A DNA stretch of 64,000 bases from positions 1,632,001 to 1,696,000 of the forward strand of contig OZ244960.1 in NCBI GenBank assembly GCA_965222605.1, read 5' to 3'. Below, piece after piece: positions 9,487 to 19,867 of the stretch. The DNA is from Candidatus Latescibacterota bacterium. Its GTDB lineage: Bacteria; Latescibacterota; UBA2968. The notes beneath the pieces are model-generated. The model was not told the origin of the DNA. It saw only the letters and a program-made list of their open reading frames with translations, and made no database searches. Position numbers and translations under genes: made by a program. Each line of letters begins with the position of its first letter. The first letter of the stretch is position 1.

Positions 9487-12400
9487 ATGGAATCGGAAGT
9501 TCGGGACAATGTAAAACGGGATTTTTCTCAAACATTTGCAATTACGACCCGGCGGCCCGTAGCGATCTTTATGGTAGTCCTGGCCGTTGCCGTATTTGGT
9601 TATGTGTCATATCAGCAATTGCCGCTAAATATGATGCCCGACATTTCATATCCAACGCTAACAGTGCGCACCGAATATCCCGATACCGCACCCGAGGAAG
9701 TTGAAAATTTAATCTCAAGGCCAATTGAGCAGCGCCTGGGAGTGGTGAGCAACCTCGTGAGTATTACATCGATCTCCAGACCTGGCATGTCCGACGTGAT
9801 TTTGGAATTTGGCTGGGACACCGATATGAATGATGCCGTGCAGACAGTACGCGAAAATCTCGACCGCCTCAATTTGCCACGCGGGGTCAATCGCCCGTTG
9901 ATTTTGCGCTACGACCCAACGCAAGACCCGATAATGCGCGTGGGGATTTACGGTAAAGAAAACATGTATGTGTTGCGCCATATTGCCGAAGAAGAAATCA
10001 AACAAGAACTGGAGGCACTCAAAGGCGTAGCTGCGGCGCGTGTGAAAGGTGGCCTCGAAGAAGAAATTCGGGTTGAGATCAGCGAGCGGAAATTGGCACT
10101 GATGGGACTCAATATCAACACCATCAACAGGCGGTTGCAAGAAGAAAATGTCAACCTCGCCGGCGGCAGCTTGTTGGACGGACAAACGCAGTACCTCGTG
10201 CGTACTCTGAATGAATTTCGCACCATCGATGAAATTGCCAATCTGGTGGTGGGCGACCGCAACAATATAGAAATCCGGGTAAAAGATGTGGGACAGGTTG
10301 ATCGCACGCACAAAGAGCGGGAGATCATCACACGGGTCAATGGCGTAGAAAGTGTAGAAATCGAAATTTTTAAGGAAGCCGACGCCAATATCGTGGCGAC
10401 GGCACAGCGCGTGCGCGACCGCCTATTTGGCACGCCCGAACAATTGGCGTACATAGAAAAAGTCAAAGCGGGCGAGATCGAAAAAGCCAAAGCCAATGAC
10501 CGGCAGGAACAGGTGCGGCAATTTGTGCAGATGAAAGAAATGACGAGTTTTATTGCTTTTACATTACCCGAAGACGTGGCTATGGAAATGCTATCCGACC
10601 AATCGACATTTATTGAATCCTCGATCAATGAGGTCAAACAAACCGCGCTATTGGGTGGGTTGCTGGCGATATTGGTTTTGTACATCTTTCTTCGCAATCC
10701 GTCGCACACGGCCATAGTGGGCCTCGCCATCCCGATTTCAATTGTAGCGACATTTGCCCCCATGAACATTTTTGGCGTATCCTTAAACATCATGTCTCTG
10801 GGCGGATTGGCACTCGGTATTGGAATGCTGGTTGACAATGCCATTGTGGTATTGGAAAGCATTTTTCGATGCCGCGAAGAAGGCGACGATATGGTTTCAG
10901 CCACCATCCGGGGAACGGGTGAAGTCGGCGGAGCGGTTTTTGCATCCACGCTGACAACTGTGGCGGTGTTTTTTCCCATTGTATTTGTCGAGGGCGTGGC
11001 CGGGCAGATTTTCGGCGACATGGCACTAACCGTTGTTTTTTCACTCCTGGCATCTTTGGGCGTCGCGCTGTTTTTTATTCCCATGCTGGCTTCGCGGCAA
11101 ATGCATTTGTCGCGCGGCGATAGCGAAGAGCAAGGCGCGCGTCTGATGCGATCCGAAGTGTTGCAGTTGCGCTCGGTAGAGTGGTTGCTCGAGGGCATGG
11201 GACTAAAAAAAAGGGGCGAGGATGCTCTTAAATATCACGCCATGAATTTTAGCACGCTGTTGATGCGCGTGCCAATTGGCTTTGTCTATTTGTTGGGCGA
11301 ATACATCGTCCGCGTATTGTGGCTTACAAGTGTAATCGCGGTCGTGGCACTCAAAGCCGTATTTACCGTATTGGCGGTTCTTCTATACCCCATTATCTAT
11401 CCCGGATGGGGATTTTATTGTTGGCTCGGTTCTGGACCAGCATGGCGTCAGGAAATAAATCGCCTGTGGGGACCTCTGTGCGCCTGGGCTGCGGAACAAG
11501 ACCTGTTTGGCAAAGCATGGGTGCGGATAATATGGGACGATTTGCTGGTGTTTGTAACACCCCAAAATTTGGGACGCGACCTGAGTGTGCAAACGAAATG
11601 GACAGGAAGAACACTGACGCGTCTGTTCCGCTGGGTTTGGAAGCACGCGGTCTGGAAGCGCGTTTTGGAGCTCGTACCCGTATTCTTGGGCGCAGTGGGC
11701 GTTTTGTTGCTATTTGTACTCGGCGCAGTTTATTTTCTTCTACGATTCCTGATTTTTACCACACTCATATTAACCGGCAAAATACTGATCTTGACACTCA
11801 TGTTTTTGTTTTTGACCGGATTGGTCACATTGCTGGTCGTCGCCCTTGTCCTGTTGCCCATCCTCGCGCCAGTCCTGTTTTTGTTTGAACGCGGTTTTGG
11901 AGCTGTTCGGAACGCTTACACGCCTTTTATCCGCTGGGCTTTGCACAACAGGCTGAGCATTGTAGCAGGTGCTGTGGTACCTTTTGCGATATGCTGGATG
12001 GTCTTGTTGCCCCGATTGGGCAATGAATTGATCCCACAGGTACATCAGGGCGAATTTAATGTGGATATTGGTTTGCCCGTGGGCACGCCGCTCGAAATGA
12101 CTGACGAGACCCTGAAGCTCATCGAGTCGCGGGTAATAGATGCATATGATGTGGGCGCGATTTCTTCGACAGTTGGCGTGGATAAAACCGATATCGCATC
12201 GTCTGATCAAGGCGAGCACACCGGGGTAGTTTCTGTGGTGCTGGAGGATAGCGAAACAGAGGACAGGAAAAATGTACTGGCGAGTTGGGGGCAAGACCTC
12301 CTGACATTGCCCGCACGTATTTGGGGCGGCATCAAAGGAGAAAGCGTTTTGGCACAACGCGAAGATGCATTAATGGCTGATTTGAGAAACAGGCTCTCGG

Positions 12401-13515
12401 ATTTGCCGCAGATAAAAGCCGATTTTTCGCGCCCCGCACTATTTAGTTTTAAGACGCCTATAGAGGTGGAAGTTCGCGGTTATGATTTGCCAACATTGAC
12501 TCAATTGGGACGCGAGGCCGAGCGGGTGATGAGCGAAATTCCCGGACTTTACGATGTGAAATCGAGCCTTCAGCGTGGCAACCCGGAAGTACAAATTGTT
12601 TACAAGCGCGACTTGTTAGCCAAATACAACTTGAATGTGCGTCAGGTAGCCTCGCTGGTGCGCGAAAAAGTCCAGGGCAATGTGGTGACGCGATTTCGAG
12701 AGGCCGACCGGCGCATTGATGTGCTGGTGCGCATAGATGAGGCCGACCGCGCCGGGGTGTCTGAACTGCGTCGGCTGGTGGTGAACCCGGGGCGACAGCA
12801 AGTGCCCATTCGCCTATCTGCGGTAGCCGATATTGAAGTACACGAAGGACCCAGTGAAATTCGGCGCATAGATCAACAGCGCGCGGTTCTGATTTCGGCC
12901 AATGTGAGCGGTGTGGATTTGGGAACGATGACAGCTATGATTCAGCAAGCATTGGAAACAATGGAAGTACCTCAGGATGTATCGATGGTCATTGGCGGAC
13001 AAAACAAGGAAATGGAGACATCTTTGAACAGTTTGACCTTTGCATTGGGTCTTGCAATTTTTCTCGTGTACATCGTAATGGCCTCGCAATTTGAATCATT
13101 CCTCCATCCATTCGTCATTATGTTTAGCATCCCACTGGCACTAATTGGCGTAATTGTCATTCTATTTGTCACCGGCATACCTCTTTCGGTCGTGGTCTTT
13201 TTGGGCGTTATCATGCTGGCGGGCATTGTCGTGAACAATGCCATTGTGCTCGTAGATTATATCAACCACCTGCGGCGCAGTGGGTTGTCCAAAATAGAAG
13301 CCATTGTCCAGGCAGGCGAAGTGCGGTTGCGCCCTATCTTGATGACCACATCGACAACCGTGTTGGGATTATTGCCCATGGCACTCGGCCTGGGCGATGG
13401 CGCAGAAATCCGCACGCCAATGGCGATTACCGTCGTGGCCGGGCTAATCAGTTCCACCCTTTTAACGCTGGTAATTATTCCAACGGTATATTCGCTGATG
13501 GACCGCGGCGAGTAA
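9487..13515 (+). CDS. AcrB/AcrD/AcrF-family RND transporter with a large extra hydrophobic insertion
   Basis: RRPVAIFM, GMLVDNAIVVLE, GIVVNNAIVLVD, RLRPILMTT; about 1340 aa; GGAG RBS before ATG 9487. Confidence 0.93.
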   Translation: MESEVRDNVKRDFSQTFAITTRRPVAIFMVVLAVAVFGYVSYQQLPLNMMPDISYPTLTVRTEYPDTAPEEVENLISRPIEQRLGVVSNLVSITSISRPGMSDVILEFGWDTDMNDAVQTVRENLDRLNLPRGVNRPLILRYDPTQDPIMRVGIYGKENMYVLRHIAEEEIKQELEALKGVAAARVKGGLEEEIRVEISERKLALMGLNINTINRRLQEENVNLAGGSLLDGQTQYLVRTLNEFRTIDEIANLVVGDRNNIEIRVKDVGQVDRTHKEREIITRVNGVESVEIEIFKEADANIVATAQRVRDRLFGTPEQLAYIEKVKAGEIEKAKANDRQEQVRQFVQMKEMTSFIAFTLPEDVAMEMLSDQSTFIESSINEVKQTALLGGLLAILVLYIFLRNPSHTAIVGLAIPISIVATFAPMNIFGVSLNIMSLGGLALGIGMLVDNAIVVLESIFRCREEGDDMVSATIRGTGEVGGAVFASTLTTVAVFFPIVFVEGVAGQIFGDMALTVVFSLLASLGVALFFIPMLASRQMHLSRGDSEEQGARLMRSEVLQLRSVEWLLEGMGLKKRGEDALKYHAMNFSTLLMRVPIGFVYLLGEYIVRVLWLTSVIAVVALKAVFTVLAVLLYPIIYPGWGFYCWLGSGPAWRQEINRLWGPLCAWAAEQDLFGKAWVRIIWDDLLVFVTPQNLGRDLSVQTKWTGRTLTRLFRWVWKHAVWKRVLELVPVFLGAVGVLLLFVLGAVYFLLRFLIFTTLILTGKILILTLMFLFLTGLVTLLVVALVLLPILAPVLFLFERGFGAVRNAYTPFIRWALHNRLSIVAGAVVPFAICWMVLLPRLGNELIPQVHQGEFNVDIGLPVGTPLEMTDETLKLIESRVIDAYDVGAISSTVGVDKTDIASSDQGEHTGVVSVVLEDSETEDRKNVLASWGQDLLTLPARIWGGIKGESVLAQREDALMADLRNRLSDLPQIKADFSRPALFSFKTPIEVEVRGYDLPTLTQLGREAERVMSEIPGLYDVKSSLQRGNPEVQIVYKRDLLAKYNLNVRQVASLVREKVQGNVVTRFREADRRIDVLVRIDEADRAGVSELRRLVVNPGRQQVPIRLSAVADIEVHEGPSEIRRIDQQRAVLISANVSGVDLGTMTAMIQQALETMEVPQDVSMVIGGQNKEMETSLNSLTFALGLAIFLVYIVMASQFESFLHPFVIMFSIPLALIGVIVILFVTGIPLSVVVFLGVIMLAGIVVNNAIVLVDYINHLRRSGLSKIEAIVQAGEVRLRPILMTTSTTVLGLLPMALGLGDGAEIRTPMAITVVAGLISSTLLTLVIIPTVYSLMDRGE

Positions 13516-13531
13516 CCGAACACCGTTGCCA

Positions 13532-13557
13532 GTAGGGGCGGATCCCTGTGTCCGCCC
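13532..13557 (+). repeat. GTAG-type REP element
   Basis: GTAG foot followed by the perfect hairpin GGGCGGA-N8-TCCGCCC just after the RND stop. Confidence 0.7.
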
Positions 13558-13802
13558 GTCCTAAAACAGGCGTCTTAAGGTATTGCGATACAGTAAGTTC
13601 CTTAAAAGTCCCACCCTCCCCCCGTCCCCTGCCGCACTGCCCGAGGTTTTTTTTCAATTGACTTTTGACAACTTTTTGTTTTCTTAAGCACTTGTAGTTT
13701 TTATGACAAAGCAAGCAAATACTCGGTAACTTTTTGGTCTTTTTTTCGTCTAACCTTTGTAACAACAATAGCCACCTCATTTGTAGAAATATGGAGAATT
13801 GG

Positions 13803-15179
13803 ATGATGCATTGTATTAAATATATCGCAGTATTGGCAATTGTCCTTGCCTGCGTGAATACCAGTGCCCAGGAAGCGCGAAGGGAAATGCGCCTCACGCT
13901 GAATGAGTGTGTGGAGATCGCGCTGACGAGTAGTGCCCAAATCGAGCAAGATAAGTACACCGTTGCGATTTCTGAGACCCAGGTAGATAATGCGCGAAAT
14001 AGTTTTTTGCCGAACACTTCGAACATGTCATGGGGTATCAGCAGAAATGTTCAGGGGCCGCGTGAAGGACAAGTTCTGGATCCGTCAACGGGTACACTGG
14101 TGCAGCTATTAGGGGAAGATCGCGTTAGTGGCGCACAAAGCTTCAGTATTACTGGATTGACAATGCCGGTTTATGATGGTCGGCTCATCTCCCAGCTATC
14201 GAGCGCGAAAAACAGTCTGATGCAGACGCGAATGCAACAAGCTGGCAATCGCCAAACGATCACTTTTCAGACCAAACAGCGCTACTTTCAATTGTTACAA
14301 GCCATCAAACTATTGGAAGTTCAGCAAGAGCGCGTACGAGTATCCGAAGAAAGCCTGCGCAGGGCAGAGACATTATACGAGATTGGATCCGTGGCAATTT
14401 TACAGGTGACGAATGCAAGATCGGCTCTGGCGGGTTTGCGTGCAACCCTGATCCAGCGAGAAAATGATGTGAGCATTGCGCAGTCGAACCTGGCATTTAC
14501 AATGGGTCTGGGCACGGATATAGATATTATTCCATCAGAAGAAGAGTTTGAACTTGCGTCTCCAAAATATTCTTTTCTCGATGCACTATCTATCGCGCTT
14601 GCAGAACATCCCGATATCCTGGGTAGCAAGTACGATATGCAGGCTTCCCGAGACGATTACAATGCAACAAAAAAAGGATTGTACCATCCCAGGATTACGA
14701 TGAGCACCAATGCCTATAGCTGGAGCCTTGGTAAGGATGAAGAGTTTGGCGGTCCGGAAGATATCTTTCTCAAGAACTATAGCTATGGTATTAGTCTCAA
14801 CGTAACCATGCCCCTTTTTAACTTTAACACGAGCAATACTTTGAAGCGGCTAAAGTTGCAGTATTTGCGCAGTCAGGAGCAGTTAGATCAGGCCAAACGG
14901 CAAAAAGCATTGACCATTCGACTGCGCTATCTCAACCTGGAGCGCTTTCGGCGTTTGATCGAGGCGAATGAAGTAGCCGTACAAGCGGCTGAAGAAAATT
15001 TTAAGCTGGAAGAAGAGCGGTATAATTTTGGCGGGGGAACTTTTCTCGAGCGGTTGACCGCTCAGAGCAATCTGTACAATGCACGCAATAATCTGGTGCA
15101 GTCAAAATACAACTATTTGGTCGAAATAGCGAATTTGGAAAACGAAATCGGCACACCTGTTGTCGGAAATCCTGAATAG
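13803..15179 (+). CDS. TolC-family outer-membrane efflux protein
   Basis: Signal peptide, LTLNECVEIAL, two OEP-like repeats, YN.G..T.LE motif. Start approximate. Confidence 0.88.
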   Translation: MMHCIKYIAVLAIVLACVNTSAQEARREMRLTLNECVEIALTSSAQIEQDKYTVAISETQVDNARNSFLPNTSNMSWGISRNVQGPREGQVLDPSTGTLVQLLGEDRVSGAQSFSITGLTMPVYDGRLISQLSSAKNSLMQTRMQQAGNRQTITFQTKQRYFQLLQAIKLLEVQQERVRVSEESLRRAETLYEIGSVAILQVTNARSALAGLRATLIQRENDVSIAQSNLAFTMGLGTDIDIIPSEEEFELASPKYSFLDALSIALAEHPDILGSKYDMQASRDDYNATKKGLYHPRITMSTNAYSWSLGKDEEFGGPEDIFLKNYSYGISLNVTMPLFNFNTSNTLKRLKLQYLRSQEQLDQAKRQKALTIRLRYLNLERFRRLIEANEVAVQAAEENFKLEEERYNFGGGTFLERLTAQSNLYNARNNLVQSKYNYLVEIANLENEIGTPVVGNPE

Positions 15180-15194
15180 TACGGAGGCGAGTTT

Positions 15195-15674
15195 ATGGGT
15201 ATGTTTTATCGAATGATCCGCTGGCGCAGTTGTACAAGTATGGGATTGGTTGTGGTTGCCCTGCTCTTGAGCATGGCGGTCCCTGCCCAGGCTGTGGATA
15301 AGGATTTTTTGATGCGATCAAAATTTCACGGCGCACTGATGCTGGGCCTTGGCGGCGTTCTGGTTAAAGGAGCGTTCGATGCAAAAAAAGAGGCCAATGA
15401 TGCTTATGATCTTTACAAACAAGCCGGTACCTCTTCATTAGCGCGAGAATTTTACGATAATTCCAAGCGCCATGACACCCGCGCTGCAGTGTTGGGAGTA
15501 GCGGGTGGTGCAACCATTCTTTTTGCCGTGCATCTGTTTCTGAAAGAAGATGAGGGGGGGTTGCCTCCCCCAAAGATGAATCGGGGCATTGTGAACATCA
15601 AGGGTGTCGCATTAGATATAAAAGGCGATGTGTTTCAGAGAAAGATGCAGGTCCAGATAAAAAAAGGGTTTTGA
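15195..15674 (+). CDS. Hypothetical exported/membrane protein
   Basis: RBS GGAGG; signal peptide ending AQA; two glycine-rich hydrophobic segments. Confidence 0.7.
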   Translation: MGMFYRMIRWRSCTSMGLVVVALLLSMAVPAQAVDKDFLMRSKFHGALMLGLGGVLVKGAFDAKKEANDAYDLYKQAGTSSLAREFYDNSKRHDTRAAVLGVAGGATILFAVHLFLKEDEGGLPPPKMNRGIVNIKGVALDIKGDVFQRKMQVQIKKGF

Positions 15675-15687
15675 AGTATAAAAAATA

Positions 15688-15727
15688 AAAAAAGGGTCAA
15701 TGCTCGCGTGAGTGTTGACCCTTTTTT
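15688..15727. terminator. Intrinsic terminator (bidirectional shape)
   Basis: AAAAAAGGGTCAATGCTC-GCGT-GAGTGTTGACCCTTTTTT. Confidence 0.85.
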
Positions 15728-15795
15728 GCATGGTATTTGCTGGACTTAAGTTCAACTGCCCATGCGCGTTGGGCGATTTGTGGAGGGCGTTTGAC

Positions 15796-16290
15796 ATGCC
15801 GTCGGGTAAGACACATACGCGGATTGATCTTTTTTTACTGGTGGTCATTATCGGCATAGGAGCCTGTTTTTGGGGATCTCTCGTCGAATTTTTTGGACGC
15901 GATGAGATAGTCGAATACGGAACTGTTTTTGTGATTGCCTATTTATTTGGCACGTTTTTACTATCGCCCGATCTGGACTTAAAGGCCAGTGACCCGTTGA
16001 AGAACTGGGGAATTTTGCGTTTGCTGTGGCGGCCTTATTCCCATATTTTCAAACACAGAGGGCTTTCCCATGTGCCGATTGTGGGCACTCTGACCCGCGT
16101 GATTTATATTTTCGTGGTGGTGTACGCACTCGCAGCTATGGCCAACGCATTCTTTAATTTGGGTTGGGAAATGTCGTTTGACGACTTGAAGAACATGGAT
16201 TTCAAAATCATTATATGGGCACTTGCGGGGCTGTGTTTGCCTGATCTCTTTCACATTTTGGCCGATCACACACTTAAAAACGCCCGTTGA
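15796..16290 (+). CDS. DUF2227-family putative metal-binding membrane protein
   Basis: MPSGKTH, LSPDLD, W.PY...FKHRGLSH...GTLTR, HILAD; RBS GGAGG. Confidence 0.85.
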   Translation: MPSGKTHTRIDLFLLVVIIGIGACFWGSLVEFFGRDEIVEYGTVFVIAYLFGTFLLSPDLDLKASDPLKNWGILRLLWRPYSHIFKHRGLSHVPIVGTLTRVIYIFVVVYALAAMANAFFNLGWEMSFDDLKNMDFKIIIWALAGLCLPDLFHILADHTLKNAR

Positions 16291-16346
16291 TTTCTGGTAT
16301 AATGCCCTTTATATTGCACACCCGCAGGCTCAAAGCATTGGGAGAC

Positions 16347-17174
16347 GTGTTGAAACGCAAAAATTTTTCGGTGCTGGTCATTCCAGACGATGGCTCGAGA
16401 ACCCTGAAGTTTAAGCTCAGTTATCCCATGCTGTTGGGGATAGGCCTGGTATCGGCCTTTGCGCTGTGTATGGTATTTATCGGTCTGTTCTTTTTGTGGC
16501 AAGCCCTGTATTGGAAACACACCGCACAAAATCTTGAACGGGACAATGAACGCCTGTACGCTGACGTTACCCGCGTGGATGAATTGGCGCAAGTGATAAC
16601 GCGCATGCAGGTCGGAGAGCAAAAACTGCGTTCTATATTGGCGGGCCACATCGGCTTGTCGCCAACACCCGACGAAGTGCGGTACATTGAGGGTGACTAT
16701 GCAGTTGCAACGCTATTGGTGCAAAGCAATCAGCGCGTTGGTCTGGATATCCACTGGGTTCCCGCAATCTGGCCAGTACCCCCTTCTCTTGGATGGGTGG
16801 CACGCGCGTTTGAAGCGGAAGACAACTGCGTCAACGGGTTATCTCCGACGAGCATATTCAAAAATCGCCATTCGGGGATTGATATCGCCGCCAGTGAAGG
16901 GACGCCCGTGCAGGCCACAGCCGATGGACAGGTAACATTTGCAGATTTCGATCTCGAGTTGGGGTATATGGTGGTTATTGATCACGGTGGCATTTATACG
17001 ACGCGGTATGGTCACAATCGCGCACTGCTGGTCAAAGAAGGGGAGTATGTTAGGCAAGGGCAATACGTTGCACTGGTGGGCACCTCAACGCAAAGCCGTG
17101 AGCCTCATTTACACTACGAAGTTATCGAAGGGGGACGGGCATGCAATCCGCGCGATTTCTTACCTCGAAAATAG
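16347..17174 (+). CDS. M23-family metallopeptidase
   Basis: HSGIDIA (HxxxD), TRYGH, PHLHYEV (HxH); N-terminal TM helix and coiled coil. Start approximate. Confidence 0.9.
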   Translation: MLKRKNFSVLVIPDDGSRTLKFKLSYPMLLGIGLVSAFALCMVFIGLFFLWQALYWKHTAQNLERDNERLYADVTRVDELAQVITRMQVGEQKLRSILAGHIGLSPTPDEVRYIEGDYAVATLLVQSNQRVGLDIHWVPAIWPVPPSLGWVARAFEAEDNCVNGLSPTSIFKNRHSGIDIAASEGTPVQATADGQVTFADFDLELGYMVVIDHGGIYTTRYGHNRALLVKEGEYVRQGQYVALVGTSTQSREPHLHYEVIEGGRACNPRDFLPRK

Positions 17175-17176
17175 CC

Positions 17177-17278
17177 ATGTTTAACAAGCAAAACCACGTA
17201 GAAGCCATCAATACGATTGTGGGCGAAGGATCGGTTGTGGATATGACGCGCGTTTTTTTTGTTTCTCCAAATAGCTAA
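17177..17278 (+). pseudogene. Truncated bactofilin-like gene (5' stub)
   Basis: MFNKQNHVEAINTIVGEGSVV matches the bactofilin N-terminal pattern and follows M23, its usual neighbour; stops after 33 codons. Confidence 0.65.
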
Positions 17279-17299
17279 CCCGCTGATACTGCATCTTGT

Positions 17300-18616
17300 T
17301 CAGCACAGGCTCTGATAACGACCATTGGGCAAAAGACGCCGTGCATTGTGTTGGCTGAGTTTGACCTCCATTAAAACATCGTTGCCTTTGTAGTCCGTGT
17401 GCAAAATTTCGCCAATTCGGTAGAGTTCTGACAGAAGTTTGCCCTCGCGTTGCGGAATCTGAACCACGAGCGTCAGGCGGTCGCCCTCAAGGTGATTGTA
17501 GATCGCCCACCGCAGGTCTTCGAGTCCCTCGCCCGTCTCAGCGGAAAGCCAGACCGCGTCGGGATATGTCGCTTTTAGATATTCGCGTCGGGCCCGATCG
17601 TCTAACAGATCATTTTTGTTAAACACCAGCATCGTCGGCCTGTCAGCTACGTCGAGTTCGCCAAGCACCTCAATCACCGTGGCGATGTGTTCTTCACAAG
17701 CTGGATGGCTGACATCAACGACATGGAGCAACAGATCGGCTTCGATTGCCTCTTCAAGGGTACCGTGAAAAGAAGCGATCAGATGGTGGGGCAGCTTTTT
17801 GATAAAACCAACGGTATCGGACAAAAGAATATCGCGGTTATAACCGAGGGAAACGCGCCGCGTGGTGGAATCGAGGGTGACAAAGAGCCGATCCTCAATC
17901 AATACATCGGCACCGGACAGGGCACGCATAAGCGTGGATTTGCCCGCATTGGTATAGCCGACAAGCGCTGCGCGAAAAATATCGGTGCGTTGTTTGCGGG
18001 CAATTGCGCGTTGTCTGGCAATGCGGTCGAGTGCTTGTTTGAGAATGGTAATGCGGCGATTGGTTGCGCGTCGATCTACTTCGAGCTGCGTTTCACCCGG
18101 ACCGCGCGTACCCACGCCGCCAGTGCCACCAGTACCGCCAGCCTGCCGCGAAAGATGGGTCCATTGACGGGTCAAACGGGGCAACATATAGATAAGTTGG
18201 GCCAACTCGACCTGTGTTTGCGCTTCTCGGGTTCTGGCGCGGCTGGCAAAAATGTCCAGAATAAGTCGGCTGCGATCGATGATTTTAACTTCAAGCAGAG
18301 TTTCGAGATTGCGGGTTTGTGCTGGCGAGAGATCTTCGTCAAAAATAACGACTTGTGCATCGTATTCTGCGACCTGTTCGACGAGTTCTTCGGCTTTACC
18401 ACGACCAATGAGATACGCAGAGTCCCTGCGCTGGCGTTCCTGAAGCACCTGCACGGCAACGTCAACACCCGCCGTATCCGCCAAAAGGCCGAGTTCGTCA
18501 AGCGTGTCTTGTGCTTCATCGAGTGAGATGCCGGGCAGAGCCAGCCCGACGAGTATGCCCCGCTCAATCGCGTGTTCTTTAGTGAGATCGTGCATATTTG
18601 CCATATATTGTCCCAT
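17300..18616 (-). CDS. hflX: GTPase HflX
   Basis: ILDIFA.RA.T.EA..QVELAQL.Y.LPRL, GPGETQLE.DRR, GYTNAGKST, DTVGFI, NK.D. Confidence 0.97.
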   Translation of the reverse strand: MGQYMANMHDLTKEHAIERGILVGLALPGISLDEAQDTLDELGLLADTAGVDVAVQVLQERQRRDSAYLIGRGKAEELVEQVAEYDAQVVIFDEDLSPAQTRNLETLLEVKIIDRSRLILDIFASRARTREAQTQVELAQLIYMLPRLTRQWTHLSRQAGGTGGTGGVGTRGPGETQLEVDRRATNRRITILKQALDRIARQRAIARKQRTDIFRAALVGYTNAGKSTLMRALSGADVLIEDRLFVTLDSTTRRVSLGYNRDILLSDTVGFIKKLPHHLIASFHGTLEEAIEADLLLHVVDVSHPACEEHIATVIEVLGELDVADRPTMLVFNKNDLLDDRARREYLKATYPDAVWLSAETGEGLEDLRWAIYNHLEGDRLTLVVQIPQREGKLLSELYRIGEILHTDYKGNDVLMEVKLSQHNARRLLPNGRYQSLC

Positions 18617-18625
18617 CTGAATTTA

Positions 18626-19123
18626 CTACGTCTTAAAATTCGGCCTTATAACAGAAGCTATTTCTTCCGCCCGTTCCCATGATACGGTTACCTTCTGCTT
18701 CATACCCCCATCTTTTGGCTGTAAGGCAGCGATATGCGGTGGTCCACTCCCCCAGTTGCTCAACTTACGACGCGGTACAACGTGAATGTGAAAATGCGGC
18801 ACTTCCTGCAAACTGGTCACGCCGTTATTCTGATACACAGTAATGCCATCCGGGTTAAACGTTTCTGTAAGTGCTTCTGCTGCTATTCGGACCGTCTTCA
18901 TAATTTCACGAGCCTCATCATCTGTCAGGTCTAATATCGTCGGCGCGTGTCGGCGAGGGATAACGAGAAGCTGACCGACTTCAAACTGCCTGGGATTGAG
19001 CAATGCAAGCGTCTTTTCAGTCGAATATATAACATGCCTCATTTCGCCGCGTCTGGCAACTATCTCACAAAATGGACAGGGATCCCACGTCGGCATCTCA
19101 AATGGGGCAACAGTATGACTCAT
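18626..19123 (-). CDS. HIT-family hydrolase
   Basis: CPFC and QEVPHFHIHVVPR histidine triad. Confidence 0.92.
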   Translation of the reverse strand: MSHTVAPFEMPTWDPCPFCEIVARRGEMRHVIYSTEKTLALLNPRQFEVGQLLVIPRRHAPTILDLTDDEAREIMKTVRIAAEALTETFNPDGITVYQNNGVTSLQEVPHFHIHVVPRRKLSNWGSGPPHIAALQPKDGGMKQKVTVSWERAEEIASVIRPNFKT

Positions 19124-19162
19124 CTTTATTCATCCTCATCTCGTCCGCCCTTGCCTGGTCTC

Positions 19163-19867
19163 CTACTGATGGAAGTCTAATAAAGCATCTATATATGCAC
19201 CAGTGGATTTATGCAAGCGTTCTATCCTCTCTTTGGGAATAGGACCGTGATCTTCTTTGACACACAAATCAGATATGATGCGAATACCGACATATTTAAT
19301 CTTATTAATCGCACAAACATCCACAATAGCCGCTGATTCCCAATTCACGGCTATGGCTCCACTCTCTACGGCGATTCTATCTCGCACTTCGCGATCATAA
19401 ACATCCATATCTCCGCAAATCACAGAAGCTTCCCTGAGCTTAGCACCCGAGTTTTTTGATAAACACTCTGCGAACCTGTCTATCGAAGCGGAGGAGGCAT
19501 TGAAAAGACGCGATCTCCATACATCTTGCTCGCTCTGAATCTCCGGCCTATTTGGTACATCGTGCTCAGAGACGCCAGTAACTACGACAATGTCTCCAAT
19601 ATTTAAAAATTCTATTAAGCCACCCGCAAATCCAAACTCGAAAAATGTATCTACTTGATACCTGTCTATTATCATTTGGCACATCGAAGCCGCACGCACT
19701 TTGCCCATACCCGACTGCATGACGACCCATTTCTCATCTCCATCGCACCACGCAAACTGCAACCTGCCATTCCAGTCAACCGAAGCGCCCGCATCTCGCC
19801 CCAAAACATCGAGAAGCGCCCGCGTCTCATCCGCATAAGCTGTCATAACGCACAGCCTCGAACTCAT
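19163..19867 (-). CDS. MTA/SAH nucleosidase-like protein (PNP_UDP_1 family)
   Basis: SGMGKVRAA, GFAGGL...IGDIVV, WESAAI..VC, IRIISD. Confidence 0.85.
   Translation of the reverse strand: MSSRLCVMTAYADETRALLDVLGRDAGASVDWNGRLQFAWCDGDEKWVVMQSGMGKVRAASMCQMIIDRYQVDTFFEFGFAGGLIEFLNIGDIVVVTGVSEHDVPNRPEIQSEQDVWRSRLFNASSASIDRFAECLSKNSGAKLREASVICGDMDVYDREVRDRIAVESGAIAVNWESAAIVDVCAINKIKYVGIRIISDLCVKEDHGPIPKERIERLHKSTGAYIDALLDFHQ

Noticed and set aside
9948-11198. 416-aa minus-strand ORF
   Set aside because: Antisense shadow of the RND gene; Ser/Thr/Ile-rich with no recognisable motifs.
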